DNA from: Gammaproteobacteria bacterium
GTDB taxonomy: Bacteria > Pseudomonadota > Gammaproteobacteria > SZUA-152
DNA length: 64,000 bases
Direction: 5' to 3'
NCBI GenBank assembly: GCA_032250735.1
Contig: JAVVEP010000003.1
Coordinates: forward strand, 63,962-127,961
In this document: in pieces, positions 19,220 to 29,042 of the stretch
Numbering within the stretch: position 1 is the first letter of the stretch
Layout: every line of letters starts with the position of its first letter
Notes under the pieces: generated by a model
Database searches by the model: none
What the model was told of the DNA's origin: nothing
The model's input: the letters and a program-made list of their open reading frames with translations, nothing else
Position numbers and translations under genes: made by a program

Positions 19220-21169
19220 ATGTTACGCTTTCAATCCGTCACCCTCCGCCGTGGACCCCGCGTCCTCTTGCAGGACGTCAACCTCACCATCCACAGCGGC
19301 GAGCACTGGGGCATCGTCGGCCGCAACGGCAGCGGCAAATCCAGCCTGCTGGCCCTGATCCTCGGCACGCGCGACAACACCGGCCTGCATGTCGATACGG
19401 GCGAGGTACAGCTCTCAGCCCACCTGGCGATGGCGCACGTCGCCCAGGAGACGCCGGCGGTGGAGCGTAGCGCCATCGATTATGTGATGGACGGTGATGT
19501 CGAGTTGCGCCAACTGGAGCAGCAACTGGCCGCCTGTACCGATGGCGAGCAGCAGGCCACGCTGTTCGGTCAGTTTGAGACCATCGGCGGCTATACGGCA
19601 CCGACCCGCGCCGCCCGGCTCATGAACGGGCTGGGTTTTTCCGAGGCCCAGTTGCAGACCCCGGTGTCGGCCTTTTCCGGTGGCTGGCGCATGCGCCTCA
19701 ATCTGGCCCAGGCGCTGATGTGTCGCTCCGATATCCTGCTGCTCGACGAGCCCACCAATCACCTCGACCTGGATGCCGTACTGTGGCTGCAGAGCTGGTT
19801 GCAGCTCTACCCGGGCACGGTGCTGCTGATCTCGCACGACCGGGACTTTCTCGACAACTGCGTCAACCACATCGCCCTGCTCTCCGACCAGATCCTGCAC
19901 ACCTATACCGGCAACTACAGCGCCTATGAGCGGCAACACGCCAGCCGCCTCGAACAGCAGCAGTCCGCCCACCTCAAGCAGCAGCGCACCGTCTCGCACC
20001 TGCACAGTTACATCGATCGCTTTCGCGCCAAGGCCAGCAAGGCCAAGCAGGCCCAGAGCCGCCTGAAGGCGCTCGCCAGGCTGGAGGAGATTGCCCCGGC
20101 GCATGTGGACTCGCCGTTTGAGTTTGCCTTTTTGCCCCCCAAGCAGGTCCCCAACCCGCTTCTCAAGATCACCAATGCCAGCCTGGGTTATGGCGCAACG
20201 CCCCTGCTCACCGGCATTGGCATCAACCTGTTACCGGGGGACCGTATCGGCCTGCTGGGCCCCAACGGCGCGGGCAAGTCCACCCTCATCAAGACCCTGG
20301 TCGGCGAGCTGCCGATGCTCGCCGGCGAACGCAGCGCGGCACAGAACCTGCGCATCGGTTACTTCGCCCAGCACCAGCTGGAACAGCTGCATACCGACGA
20401 CTCGCCGCTGATGCACCTGCAGCGCCTCAACCGGCTGATCGCGGACGAGACCACAACCGAGACCGTCGCCAGCGAACAGGAGCTGCGCAATTATCTCGGC
20501 GGCTTCGGCTTCATCGGCGATCAGGCGCTCGCCCCGGTCGGCCCCTTCTCGGGCGGCGAAAAGGCGCGGCTGGTGCTCGCCCTGCTCATCTATCAGCGTC
20601 CCAACCTGCTGCTGCTGGACGAGCCCACCAACCACCTCGACCTGGAGATGCGCCACGCCCTGACCCTGGCGTTACAGGGCTTCGAAGGCGCGCTCCTGGT
20701 GGTCTCGCATGACCGCCATTTACTGCGCACCGTGTGTGATCAATTCATGCTGGTGGCCAACGGCCAGGCACAAGCCTACGACGGCGATCTCGATGACTAT
20801 GCACAGTGGCTGAGCGACCACCGCCGCGGCACGCCATCGACCGCGGCCGCCGCCACCGCCAGCAGTGAGCCCGCCAAACCCGGCGTCGACAAACGCCAGT
20901 TGCGCCAGCAGGAGGCCGCGCGTCGGCAGCGGCTCAAGCCCTTTCTGGACCAGATCAGAGACAGTGAAAAACGCCTCGACGCACTGCAGCAGCAGCAACA
21001 GCAGATCGAGCACACGCTGACCGACAGCGCGCTGTACGAGGCCGAGAACAAGCCGCGCCTCAAGGAACTCCTGGCGCAACAGACCACACTAAAGCAACAG
21101 CTACAGGAGATCGAGGCACAATGGATGGAGGCCACCGAGGCGCTGGAGTTGGCAGAGAATACGGACTAG
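19220..21169 (+). CDS. ABC-F family ATPase (YheS-like), two ABC domains plus a C-terminal coiled coil
   Basis: Two Walker A motifs (GRNGSGKSS, GPNGAGKST) and two signatures (FSGGWRMR, FSGGEKAR). No TM domain. Q/E-rich tail. Confidence 0.9.
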   Translation: MLRFQSVTLRRGPRVLLQDVNLTIHSGEHWGIVGRNGSGKSSLLALILGTRDNTGLHVDTGEVQLSAHLAMAHVAQETPAVERSAIDYVMDGDVELRQLEQQLAACTDGEQQATLFGQFETIGGYTAPTRAARLMNGLGFSEAQLQTPVSAFSGGWRMRLNLAQALMCRSDILLLDEPTNHLDLDAVLWLQSWLQLYPGTVLLISHDRDFLDNCVNHIALLSDQILHTYTGNYSAYERQHASRLEQQQSAHLKQQRTVSHLHSYIDRFRAKASKAKQAQSRLKALARLEEIAPAHVDSPFEFAFLPPKQVPNPLLKITNASLGYGATPLLTGIGINLLPGDRIGLLGPNGAGKSTLIKTLVGELPMLAGERSAAQNLRIGYFAQHQLEQLHTDDSPLMHLQRLNRLIADETTTETVASEQELRNYLGGFGFIGDQALAPVGPFSGGEKARLVLALLIYQRPNLLLLDEPTNHLDLEMRHALTLALQGFEGALLVVSHDRHLLRTVCDQFMLVANGQAQAYDGDLDDYAQWLSDHRRGTPSTAAAATASSEPAKPGVDKRQLRQQEAARRQRLKPFLDQIRDSEKRLDALQQQQQQIEHTLTDSALYEAENKPRLKELLAQQTTLKQQLQEIEAQWMEATEALELAENTD

Positions 21170-21222
21170 CGTAGGCTCGACCACAGCAAACTTTTAACAC
21201 GCCTACGAACAACGGGAACAGC

Positions 21223-21495
21223 ATGTCAGACACAAAAACGGAAACACCCTTTTTCGAGATCGCCGACAAGTTCATCCATCTCGCCAATGAACTGGCCCGC
21301 TCCGAGGGCTCGACCAGTGTCGGCACCGCGCTGCGCTATGCCGCCGCCCGCTACAACACCTTTGAGGCCTCACTCAACAGCACGGATCTTGGCGCTGACG
21401 AAACCAGAATGACCGACATGCTGTGCAACGATTTCCGCGAAATGCTCAAGGTCAATATGCAGGATTACATCCAGCTGGGCACACAGAAAAAATAG
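21223..21495 (+). CDS. DUF3144-like small protein
   Basis: 90 aa with FFEIADKFIHLANELA...ALRYAAARYNTFEA. Confidence 0.6.
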   Translation: MSDTKTETPFFEIADKFIHLANELARSEGSTSVGTALRYAAARYNTFEASLNSTDLGADETRMTDMLCNDFREMLKVNMQDYIQLGTQKK

Positions 21496-21528
21496 TATTG
21501 CTGCGAAACCACGTACAGCGAAACAATT

Positions 21529-21915
21529 ATGCCAAACAAGACATCAAACTCTGACGCACTGGACAAGATTGTCAGCGATGCCCGTCGCCATCAGGACGAG
21601 CGTGCAAAGACCTACCGCGAACAGGCGCTAAAACTCTATCCATGGATCTGCGGCCGCTGCCAACGGGAATTCACCCGCGCCAACCTGCCCGAGCTTACCG
21701 TGCATCACCGCAACCACAATCATGACGACAATCCCACCGATGGCAGCAACTGGGAACTGCTTTGCCTGTATTGCCACGACAACGAGCATCAAAAACAATT
21801 AGAGGCGTACGGTCAGGGCAGTGTAAAGGGTAGCGTAACCGGCTCCGCCAGCACCACATCCGCCGCCACCCACAATCCCTTTGCCGACCTCAAAAGCCTG
21901 CTGGACAAGAAATAG
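21529..21915 (+). CDS. yajD: YajD-family HNH nuclease
   Basis: CGRCQREF...LTVHHRNHNHDDNPTDGSNWELLCLYCHDNEH. Confidence 0.8.
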   Translation: MPNKTSNSDALDKIVSDARRHQDERAKTYREQALKLYPWICGRCQREFTRANLPELTVHHRNHNHDDNPTDGSNWELLCLYCHDNEHQKQLEAYGQGSVKGSVTGSASTTSAATHNPFADLKSLLDKK

Positions 21916-21923
21916 ATCCCGAC

Positions 21924-22289
21924 ATGCCGGCACTCGTATTCTCATTACGCAATGTGCCGGAGGATGAGGCCGACGAGGTGCGCGCCCTGTTGAGCGGGAA
22001 CGACATCGAATTCTACGAGACCTCGGCTGGCAACTGGGGCATTTCCACACCCGCGATATGGCTGCGCGACGAGCAGCAGTTTGCGCACGCACGGGAACTG
22101 ATCGACCAGTACCAGGCACAGCGCACCCGGCAACAACGTGAACGCTATCAGCAGCTCAAACATGACAGACAGCACAGAACATTCCGGGATCTGCTCGCAG
22201 ACGAACCGCTAAAGGTCATCGCCTACATCGCCATTGTGGCGGTGATCCTGTATTTCTCCACCAAGCCCTTTCTTGACCTGGGAAACTAG
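21924..22289 (+). CDS. Small conserved protein (DUF6164-like) with C-terminal TM helix
   Basis: FSLRNVPEDEADEVRALLSGNDIEFYETSAGNWGISTPAIWL. The family name is tentative. Confidence 0.55.
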   Translation: MPALVFSLRNVPEDEADEVRALLSGNDIEFYETSAGNWGISTPAIWLRDEQQFAHARELIDQYQAQRTRQQRERYQQLKHDRQHRTFRDLLADEPLKVIAYIAIVAVILYFSTKPFLDLGN

Positions 22290-22364
22290 AAACCGCCGAA
22301 GCAGCAACTACCCACGGCAGGCGGACTATAATCCATTAGTATTAGACAATCTAAACGGCATACC

Positions 22365-22686
22365 GATGCAGCATGATCCCCCCTTCCTGATGCACGCAGA
22401 CACCGGCCAGGCGGACGCCGCGGTGAGCTGCGCCAACTGCGAGGCCTGCTGTTGTCGGCTGGAGGTCATCCTGCTGACCGATACCGGCGTGCCGGATCGC
22501 TTTATCGAGATAGACCGATGGGGCGGAAGCACCATGGCGCGACTGGAAGACGGCTGGTGCGCGGCCCTGGACCGCAACACGATGCACTGCACGATTTACG
22601 ACCAGCGCCCAGCGGTGTGTCGTGAACTGGTGATGGGTGAATACGAGTGCCTTATCGAACGGACCGCCTATCAGGTTCTAACCTGA
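22365..22686 (+). CDS. YkgJ-family cysteine-cluster protein (UPF0153)
   Basis: CANCEACCC...WCAALD...CTIYDQRPAVCREL. ATG 22365 was chosen over the TTG 22273 track start, so the start is uncertain. Confidence 0.65.
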
Positions 22687-22948
22687 ATCCGTGGTTTAAA
22701 CGTGGACGCATGGTGCAAGATATTGGTTTCACAGGGGTTTCAAAAAATCTTAGCTTCACCCTTAGGTTAAGCGGGCATTTTTTGATCCGCTGTGTAATCA
22801 AGAGCTTGTGCCAAGCGCCGTGGTTAAGCCACGGATTCAGGTCTAAGTCTGTGAAAAACTGCCGCCACCGAGATAGGCGGCTGCATACAACAGCGTCAAC
22901 ACTACCGAATTTAACAATAGCCTAACCGCTATAAACAGAGGTGATCTT

Positions 22949-23212
22949 TTGCATACAGTCGTGAAAAAATGGTTCGTCAACAAGGATTCCGGGCTGCTCG
23001 ATAACAATGGCGGCCCCGATATACAGGTCCACAAGGCCGACCTTATTAACTGTCAATTCCTGAAAGTGGGTGCAAGCGTTGAGTTTGAATGCCACATCGA
23101 TAAACAGGGGCTGGTGGCGAAAAAGGTGAAGCTGTCCCCGCAACGAAAAACCAATGGTCCACCGCATGGCAAACGGACCATCAAGGAATTTCGTCCCGGC
23201 GTAATGACATAA
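22949..23212 (+). CDS. Divergent cold-shock-domain-like protein
   Basis: VVKKWFVNKDSGLL...DIQVHKADL...VGASVEFECHIDKQGLVAKKVKL follows the CspA layout, but RNP1/RNP2 are degenerate. TTG start with a GAGGTG Shine-Dalgarno. Confidence 0.5.
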   Translation: MHTVVKKWFVNKDSGLLDNNGGPDIQVHKADLINCQFLKVGASVEFECHIDKQGLVAKKVKLSPQRKTNGPPHGKRTIKEFRPGVMT

Positions 23213-23239
23213 CGATCCGGCGTGGACGGCAGAAACCGG

Positions 23240-23977
23240 CTACTGCTGCGAAAAATAGATATCGCCAAAGTAGGCGCTGGCCGACTGACCCGTGTTATCG
23301 CCATCCACCATCACCGCGACGGCGTCGATCCGGGTAATGTCATCGCCAAACAATCGCTGCAGGTCTGCACGCACATTGCGGCGCTCGTGCAGCCACTGGC
23401 CCAGCTGTTTGTCACCTGCCCGCACCGCCAGCATTCGCGCGTTCGCGGTATAGGCATTGGGCCATTCGCTGTTCACGGGCTGATGGCTGGACCAGACATA
23501 ATTGATCGCCCGGGTCTTCCAGAAAAACAGCCCGCCCGACACCACGACATAGATGCGCGCCGGATAGTCATCGCCTTCTTTGCTGTGTTCGGCATTCCCC
23601 TCAAACAGGTTTTGCACCTGCCATGACCAGTGCAGATACGGGGTCCGGGTCAAATCGACCTCCAGCTCTTTAAACAGGCCCGAGGCCTGGCCCTGGGTAC
23701 TGGCATGTAGCACCTGACCCTGCGGCAGTTTGCCGTTTGAACCTCTGGCATTGATGCCTGCGGCGGGCACAAGCCGATACTCACTGTGCTGCTGAAAGGA
23801 TTTTTCTTGCCAGCCGGACAGATCACCCTCACTGAAATTAGCGAACCATTTTATGCCGCCGGCGTCTGTCTCTGGCGTCGACTCCGCCGCTGCTGTCGCG
23901 GTGACACACCCGGCCATGACCAATAACAACAGCGGCCATGGCCGCCGGGCTCTATTCATATGACTATAAATAGTCAC
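23240..23977 (-). CDS. Secreted protein, DUF3047-like
   Basis: Signal peptide followed by GDDYPARIYVVVSGG...INYVWSS. The family assignment is tentative. Confidence 0.5.
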   Translation of the reverse strand: MTIYSHMNRARRPWPLLLLVMAGCVTATAAAESTPETDAGGIKWFANFSEGDLSGWQEKSFQQHSEYRLVPAAGINARGSNGKLPQGQVLHASTQGQASGLFKELEVDLTRTPYLHWSWQVQNLFEGNAEHSKEGDDYPARIYVVVSGGLFFWKTRAINYVWSSHQPVNSEWPNAYTANARMLAVRAGDKQLGQWLHERRNVRADLQRLFGDDITRIDAVAVMVDGDNTGQSASAYFGDIYFSQQ

Positions 23978-23989
23978 CCGACCCGTCGC

Positions 23990-25261
23990 CTACCCGGCCG
24001 GTGGATAATGGCCGGGATAGGGCAGCCGGGCGACACCGCTGTCCACCGCCGCCTTTGCCACCGCCGGCGGCACAAACTGCAGCAGGCGCGCATCAAACGG
24101 TTTGGGAATGATGTAATCCGGGCCGAACGGCATGGCCTCAACACCATAGGCCTTGAGCACGGCGTCCGGCACCGGCTCATGGGCCAGCTTTGCCAGCGCA
24201 TGGACCGCGGCCACCTTCATCGCCTCATTAATAGTGCTGGCCCGCACGTCCAGCGCGCCGCGAAAGATAAACGGGAAGCCCAGCACGTTGTTGACCTGAT
24301 TGGGATAATCGCTGCGGCCGGTGGCCATGATCAGATCATCACGCACCTGCCGGGCCAGCTCGGGGCTGACCTCGGGGTCCGGGTTGGACAGTGCAAACAC
24401 GATGGGACGCGCCGCCATGCTGCGCAGCATCTCGGCGTTCACCAGGTTGGGACCCGACACACCGATAAACACATCGGCGCCCTGCATTGCATCCGCCAGG
24501 GTCCGCCGCTCCGTGACCGTGGCAAATTCCTGCTTGTAGACGTTCAGATCATCGCGCCCACTGTGAATCACGCCCTTGCGATCAACCAGATAGATGTTGT
24601 CGATGCACGCACCCAGCGACACCAGCAGGCGCATCGAGGCAATCCCGGCCGAGCCCGCCCCCAGGCAAACAATCTTCGCCTCAGCGATGGTCTTGTGCTG
24701 CACCTGCAGCGCATTCATCAGGCCCGCCGCGATAATGATCGCGGTGCCGTGCTGGTCATCATGGAACACCGGGATATCCAGCCTTTCAATCAGGGCCTTT
24801 TCGATCTCGAAGCACTGCGGCGCCGCAATGTCTTCCAGATTGATGCCGCCAAAGGTCGGCGCGATGTTGGCGACGGTGTCGATAAAGGCCTGGGTTGAGT
24901 CGGCGTTGACCTCGATATCAAACACGTCGATATCGGCGAACTTCTTGAACAACACGCCCTTACCTTCCATCACCGGCTTGCCGGCCAACGCACCCACGTT
25001 GCCCAGACCCAGCACCGCCGTGCCGTCGGTGATCACCGCGACCAGGTTACCCTTGGCGGTATACTGATAGGCGGCCTCGGGATCGGCCTCGATCGCCCGC
25101 ACCGGCGCGGCAACGCCGGGGGTGTACGCCAGTGACAGGTCATGCTGGGTCTCACAGGATTTAGTGATTTCTGTGGCAATCTTTCCCGGCCGGTTTTTTC
25201 CCTTCACGCCCGCGTGATAGTCGAGGGCCTGCTGTTTCAGGGAGTTTGCGTTTTCGCTCAT
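23990..25261 (-). CDS. NAD(P)-dependent malic enzyme (short form without PTA domain)
   Basis: [57 protein letters not shown] 25261 (MSENAN) was chosen. Confidence 0.9.
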   Translation of the reverse strand: MSENANSLKQQALDYHAGVKGKNRPGKIATEITKSCETQHDLSLAYTPGVAAPVRAIEADPEAAYQYTAKGNLVAVITDGTAVLGLGNVGALAGKPVMEGKGVLFKKFADIDVFDIEVNADSTQAFIDTVANIAPTFGGINLEDIAAPQCFEIEKALIERLDIPVFHDDQHGTAIIIAAGLMNALQVQHKTIAEAKIVCLGAGSAGIASMRLLVSLGACIDNIYLVDRKGVIHSGRDDLNVYKQEFATVTERRTLADAMQGADVFIGVSGPNLVNAEMLRSMAARPIVFALSNPDPEVSPELARQVRDDLIMATGRSDYPNQVNNVLGFPFIFRGALDVRASTINEAMKVAAVHALAKLAHEPVPDAVLKAYGVEAMPFGPDYIIPKPFDARLLQFVPPAVAKAAVDSGVARLPYPGHYPPAG

Positions 25262-25402
25262 GGATATTTCCCGGTTAGTGGCGGGGCAGCGGCATGCCGC
25301 CCTTCGCCAGTGATGTATTCTCAGCGTGTCTTGATTGAAGGGCATCCTTTCCATGTGACTCAATACTATAAAAACACACGGCGTATTCTAAACCCCCGCC
25401 CC

Positions 25403-26260
25403 CTAACCTGGCACCTCTAAGTTCGCCGGGTGACGCAGGCGCAGCACCAGCTGCTTTTTATACGGGGATAGCCAGCCGCGCACGATGATGGTTCTGCCGG
25501 GCAGGGCGCTTAGCCGATCGGTGTCAAACTGCACCAGATCATCACGACTGATGCGCACCGCGACACCCGTGGCTGTCTCACCTTTGCGCGGTCGCGGCGT
25601 AAAATTCAGCCACCACGATTTTTTGCTCTGCCCCACCGACAGGACCCTGCCGGTGATCACCCGAAAGCCTCGCGCACCCGCCGGCACCTCGGCCACCGGC
25701 AGCGGCCGATAGTGTTCACGCCATACGCCCTTGTCTGCCGTGCGGGCCAGATGCTCCGCCGCCTGATAACAGGCGGCATTGCCGCTGTTGGGCGGCACCA
25801 CGATGTGGGCGGCCAGCCCGGCCCTTAACAGCTGCTCCTCAACACTGCGGCCGTCCGCCAGATAGACGTGCGCCAGCAGGCGGCCATAGCGATCCTGGCG
25901 TTCCCGGCCATAACGCAGCCCCAGCACGGCCGCCGGCCCCAGCAGCGACCGCAGGTCTTCACGGGCCTGCACCGCCAGCGGCTCGGAGGGTTTTCCGTCG
26001 CACCCGATCTCGGGAGTGTTGATACCGATCAACCGCACCGAGCGCCCGTCCTTCAGGCGCAGGGTGTCGCCGTCCACCACCGTGGCCAACACCGCCGTCT
26101 CATCAAGGCGATCGGCGACACAGCCCGGTGCGACGAGGGCCTGGGCGCTGTAGGCGGGGGCAGGGCCGGCAACACTTACCAGCAGGCAAACAAAAAGGGC
26201 GCCCCATGGGGACGCCCTTTTGTTGCCGACACGACTGTTACTGACTGGGTGTAACAGCAA
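25403..26260 (-). CDS. Thermonuclease (SNase-like) family protein; start codon unresolved
   Basis: VVDGDTLRLKDGRSVRLIGINTPE is the SNase motif. The only in-frame start before the signal-like segment is TTG 26260. Confidence 0.7.
   Translation of the reverse strand: MLLHPVSNSRVGNKRASPWGALFVCLLVSVAGPAPAYSAQALVAPGCVADRLDETAVLATVVDGDTLRLKDGRSVRLIGINTPEIGCDGKPSEPLAVQAREDLRSLLGPAAVLGLRYGRERQDRYGRLLAHVYLADGRSVEEQLLRAGLAAHIVVPPNSGNAACYQAAEHLARTADKGVWREHYRPLPVAEVPAGARGFRVITGRVLSVGQSKKSWWLNFTPRPRKGETATGVAVRISRDDLVQFDTDRLSALPGRTIIVRGWLSPYKKQLVLRLRHPANLEVPG
26186..26220 (-). terminator. Rho-independent terminator of rpmE
   Basis: The minus strand reads GGGCGTCCCCATGGGGCGCCC followed by TTTTTGTTTG. It lies inside the 5' end of the nuclease ORF. 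Confidence 0.75.
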
Positions 26261-26268
26261 TTCGGTGT

Positions 26269-26475
26269 TTATTTCACGCCGTACTTCTGACGGAACTTGT
26301 CAACGCGACCACCGGAATCAACGATCTTCTGCTTGCCGGTATAGAACGGGTGACAGGAAGAACAGACATCCAGGGTCAGCTCCTCTTTGGCCAGCGTGGA
26401 GTGGGTTTTAAACGTGTTCCCGCAGCTGCATTTCACGGTAATCTCGTGGTAGGCGGGATGAATTTCGGGCTTCAT
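26269..26475 (-). CDS. rpmE: 50S ribosomal protein L31 (Zn-binding type)
   Basis: [22 protein letters not shown]...[13 protein letters not shown]. Confidence 0.97.
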   Translation of the reverse strand: MKPEIHPAYHEITVKCSCGNTFKTHSTLAKEELTLDVCSSCHPFYTGKQKIVDSGGRVDKFRQKYGVK

Positions 26476-26600
26476 GCTATCAACCTCAAATCTGTTCGTA
26501 ATGTGCGTACCGCCGGGCCGGTCTTGTCTCGTAAGGGCCCTGACGGAATGCTTGAGAGCCGCGTATTCTAAGGGAATTTTGCGGCCACATCAAGGGCCCG

Positions 26601-26945
26601 CTACGGCGTCTCCCTCATCCGCGTCCCGTGCAGCAAGGACAGGGAAATTTCTTCTGCCGACAATGACTTAGGGAACAACGCCCCCGAGATCTTGGCGCTG
26701 TGGATACTGGCCCCCGCCAGCTGGCAGGTGGAGAAATCCACCCCGCGCAGATCCGCCTGGCGAAAATAGCAGCCGGAAAGGTCCAGCCCCTGCGGCTCCC
26801 AACCCGACAATTCCAGACCGCGAAAGTCCGCATTGGTGAAATCACCGCGCTCACCGGCCGCAAATCGGCGGTTGAATTCACCGACCTCCCCCTCGCGCAA
26901 CAGGGCATACAGTGGGTCGTTCGTTTTTATCACGGGCGCTGCCAT
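26601..26945 (-). CDS. Pentapeptide-repeat protein
   Basis: ADFRGLELSG...LDLSGCYFRQADLRGVDFSTCQLAGASIHSAKISGALF. Confidence 0.8.
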   Translation of the reverse strand: MAAPVIKTNDPLYALLREGEVGEFNRRFAAGERGDFTNADFRGLELSGWEPQGLDLSGCYFRQADLRGVDFSTCQLAGASIHSAKISGALFPKSLSAEEISLSLLHGTRMRETP

Positions 26946-26984
26946 GGTATCTCCTCCGATTAATTTACAGCCAGTATCGTGTGG

Positions 26985-27755
26985 CTACACAGGATTGTCG
27001 ATGTCCACAAATTCAAACTCGAGATCGAAATGCCCGGCCAGGTGCGCGCCCAGGGCCTGCACCCCACCCCGTTCCGTGGCGTGGTGACCGGCGGCGAAAT
27101 AGTGGATGCCCCGCTCACGGGCGAGATGCACGGTCTGCTCGGAAATCTCCCCGCTCAAAAAGGCATCCACCCCCAGCGCCGCCGCCTGTTCCAGATAACC
27201 CTGGGCGGCCCCGGTGCACCAGGCAAGGGTGCGGATCTCGCGGCGCGCGTTGCCGGCAATATGCAGCGGGGGCCGTCCCAGCCGCTCGGTGATCCGCGCG
27301 GTGAAGGCCTCAATCGACAGGGGCTCGGCCAGTCGGCCGTACTGGCCAATATCACGCCCGCCCTTCTCGCCGCCACCGCCGAAGGTCCCCTCCTGTTGCA
27401 GCCCCAGCAACCCGGCCAGCCGGGCGTTATTGCCCAGCTCCGGGTGGGCATCCAGTGGCAGGTGATAGGCCAGCAGGTTGATGTCCGCCGCCAGCAGGGC
27501 CTGCAGGCGGCGCTTCTTGATGCCGGTGACACAGGGCGATTCGCCCTTCCAGAAATAGCCGTGGTGCACCAGCAGGGCATCCGCGCCCCTTTCCACGGCG
27601 GCATCCACCAGCGCCTGACAGGCCGTCACCCCGCCGACGATCTTTTTCAGCTCGCGCCGCCCCTCCACCTGCAGGCCATTGGGGGCGTAGTCGGCGAAGT
27701 CATCCACCGCCAGCAGGCCCTGGAGATAGGTCAGCAGCTCTTCACGTTCAATCAT
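26985..27755 (-). CDS. Nif3-family dinuclear metal centre protein (YbgI-like)
   Basis: YAPNGLQVEG...ADALLVHHGYFW...LLAYHLPLDAH...FAAGHHATE. Confidence 0.9.
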   Translation of the reverse strand: MIEREELLTYLQGLLAVDDFADYAPNGLQVEGRRELKKIVGGVTACQALVDAAVERGADALLVHHGYFWKGESPCVTGIKKRRLQALLAADINLLAYHLPLDAHPELGNNARLAGLLGLQQEGTFGGGGEKGGRDIGQYGRLAEPLSIEAFTARITERLGRPPLHIAGNARREIRTLAWCTGAAQGYLEQAAALGVDAFLSGEISEQTVHLARERGIHYFAAGHHATERGGVQALGAHLAGHFDLEFEFVDIDNPV

Positions 27756-27837
27756 CCATTATTTCCTGTTGGTTTACCGGATTGACACATCATATCCGAA
27801 AAGCCGACGGCGCAGAGCCGTGGTATTCTTGGCGCCT

Positions 27838-29004
27838 ATGAAATTCTCCAACGTCTCTGTTTTCCTGTTCAAGGCCACCGTGGCCGGGCTGGCCGCGGCC
27901 TTTGTGATCCTGCTGTTGCGCCCCGAACTGCTCGGTCAACAGCGACCGGTGGTGGAGCTGAAACAGACCCCGGTCACCAGCACCGCCCCGGGGTCCGGCC
28001 CGGTATCCTACGCGCAGGCGGTGGAGGCGGCCGCCCCCGCCGTGGTCAACGTGTACACCACCAAGATCGTCACCGAGCAGGCCAACCCGCTGATGCAGGA
28101 TCCCCTGTTTCGCTATTTTTTCGGTGACCGCTTTGCCCCACGGCAGCGGCTGGAGCGCAGCCTCGGTTCCGGGGTGATCGTCAGCGAGCAGGGTTACATC
28201 ATTACCAACAATCACGTTATCGCTGGTGCCGCCGGCATCGAGGTGCTGCTGCGTGACGGGCGCAGCGCCGAGGCCAGGCTGGTCGGCACCGACCCGGAAA
28301 CCGATGTCGCCGTGCTGAAGATCGAGCTCGACACTGTGCCCACCATCACCTTCAATCTCGCCGGCGGTACGCGGGTGGGGGATGTGGTGCTGGCCATCGG
28401 CAATCCGTTTGGCGTGGGACAGACGGTCACCATGGGCATTATCAGCGCCACCGGCCGCAACCAGGTGGGCATCAGCACCTATGAAAATTTCATCCAGACC
28501 GATGCCGCCATCAATCCGGGCAATTCCGGCGGCGCGTTGATCGATGCCTATGGCAATCTGGTGGGCATCAACACCGCCATCTTCAGCAAGTCCGGTGGCT
28601 CACAGGGCATCGGCTTCGCCATTCCCATGAGCATCGCCCGCGACGTCATGCAGCAGCTGATCGAGACCGGGCGCGTCTCCCGCGGCTGGCTGGGGGTGGA
28701 AACCCAGGACATCACGCCGCAGCTGGCGGAGTCGTTCAACCTGCAAAACATCACCGGCATTATCGTCGCCGGCATCCAGCGCAACGGCCCGGCGGCCCGG
28801 GCCGGCCTGCGCCCCGGCGACATCATTCTGTCCGTCAACGGGGCGCCGAGCACCGACAGCAAGACGGTGATGAACCAGATCGCCCAGGTCGCCCCCGGCG
28901 GCAAACTGAAGATGACCATCTTGCGCGCCGGACGCGAACTGGAAGTAGAGGCCGTGGTCGGCGAGCGGCCCGCGCCGGAGAGCACCCAAAGCAACCGAGG
29001 CTGA
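27838..29004 (+). CDS. degS: Periplasmic S1C serine endoprotease, DegS/AlgW type (one PDZ)
   Basis: N-terminal TM anchor, TNNHV, DVAVLK, GNSGGAL catalytic motifs and a single PDZ domain. ATG 27838 was chosen. Confidence 0.85.
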   Translation: MKFSNVSVFLFKATVAGLAAAFVILLLRPELLGQQRPVVELKQTPVTSTAPGSGPVSYAQAVEAAAPAVVNVYTTKIVTEQANPLMQDPLFRYFFGDRFAPRQRLERSLGSGVIVSEQGYIITNNHVIAGAAGIEVLLRDGRSAEARLVGTDPETDVAVLKIELDTVPTITFNLAGGTRVGDVVLAIGNPFGVGQTVTMGIISATGRNQVGISTYENFIQTDAAINPGNSGGALIDAYGNLVGINTAIFSKSGGSQGIGFAIPMSIARDVMQQLIETGRVSRGWLGVETQDITPQLAESFNLQNITGIIVAGIQRNGPAARAGLRPGDIILSVNGAPSTDSKTVMNQIAQVAPGGKLKMTILRAGRELEVEAVVGERPAPESTQSNRG

Positions 29005-29042
29005 GGCGCGCCATTATTAGGGCAGTTAATCGGCGCAGGCGA

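Noticed and set aside
21529-21915. The HNH nuclease gene and neighbouring small genes (DUF3144-like, DUF6164-like, YkgJ-like) were considered as a defence or toxin island.
   Set aside because: The HNH protein has the conserved YajD signature, which is housekeeping and widely distributed. GC content looks like the backbone, and no partner methylase, ATPase or immunity-type genes are present.
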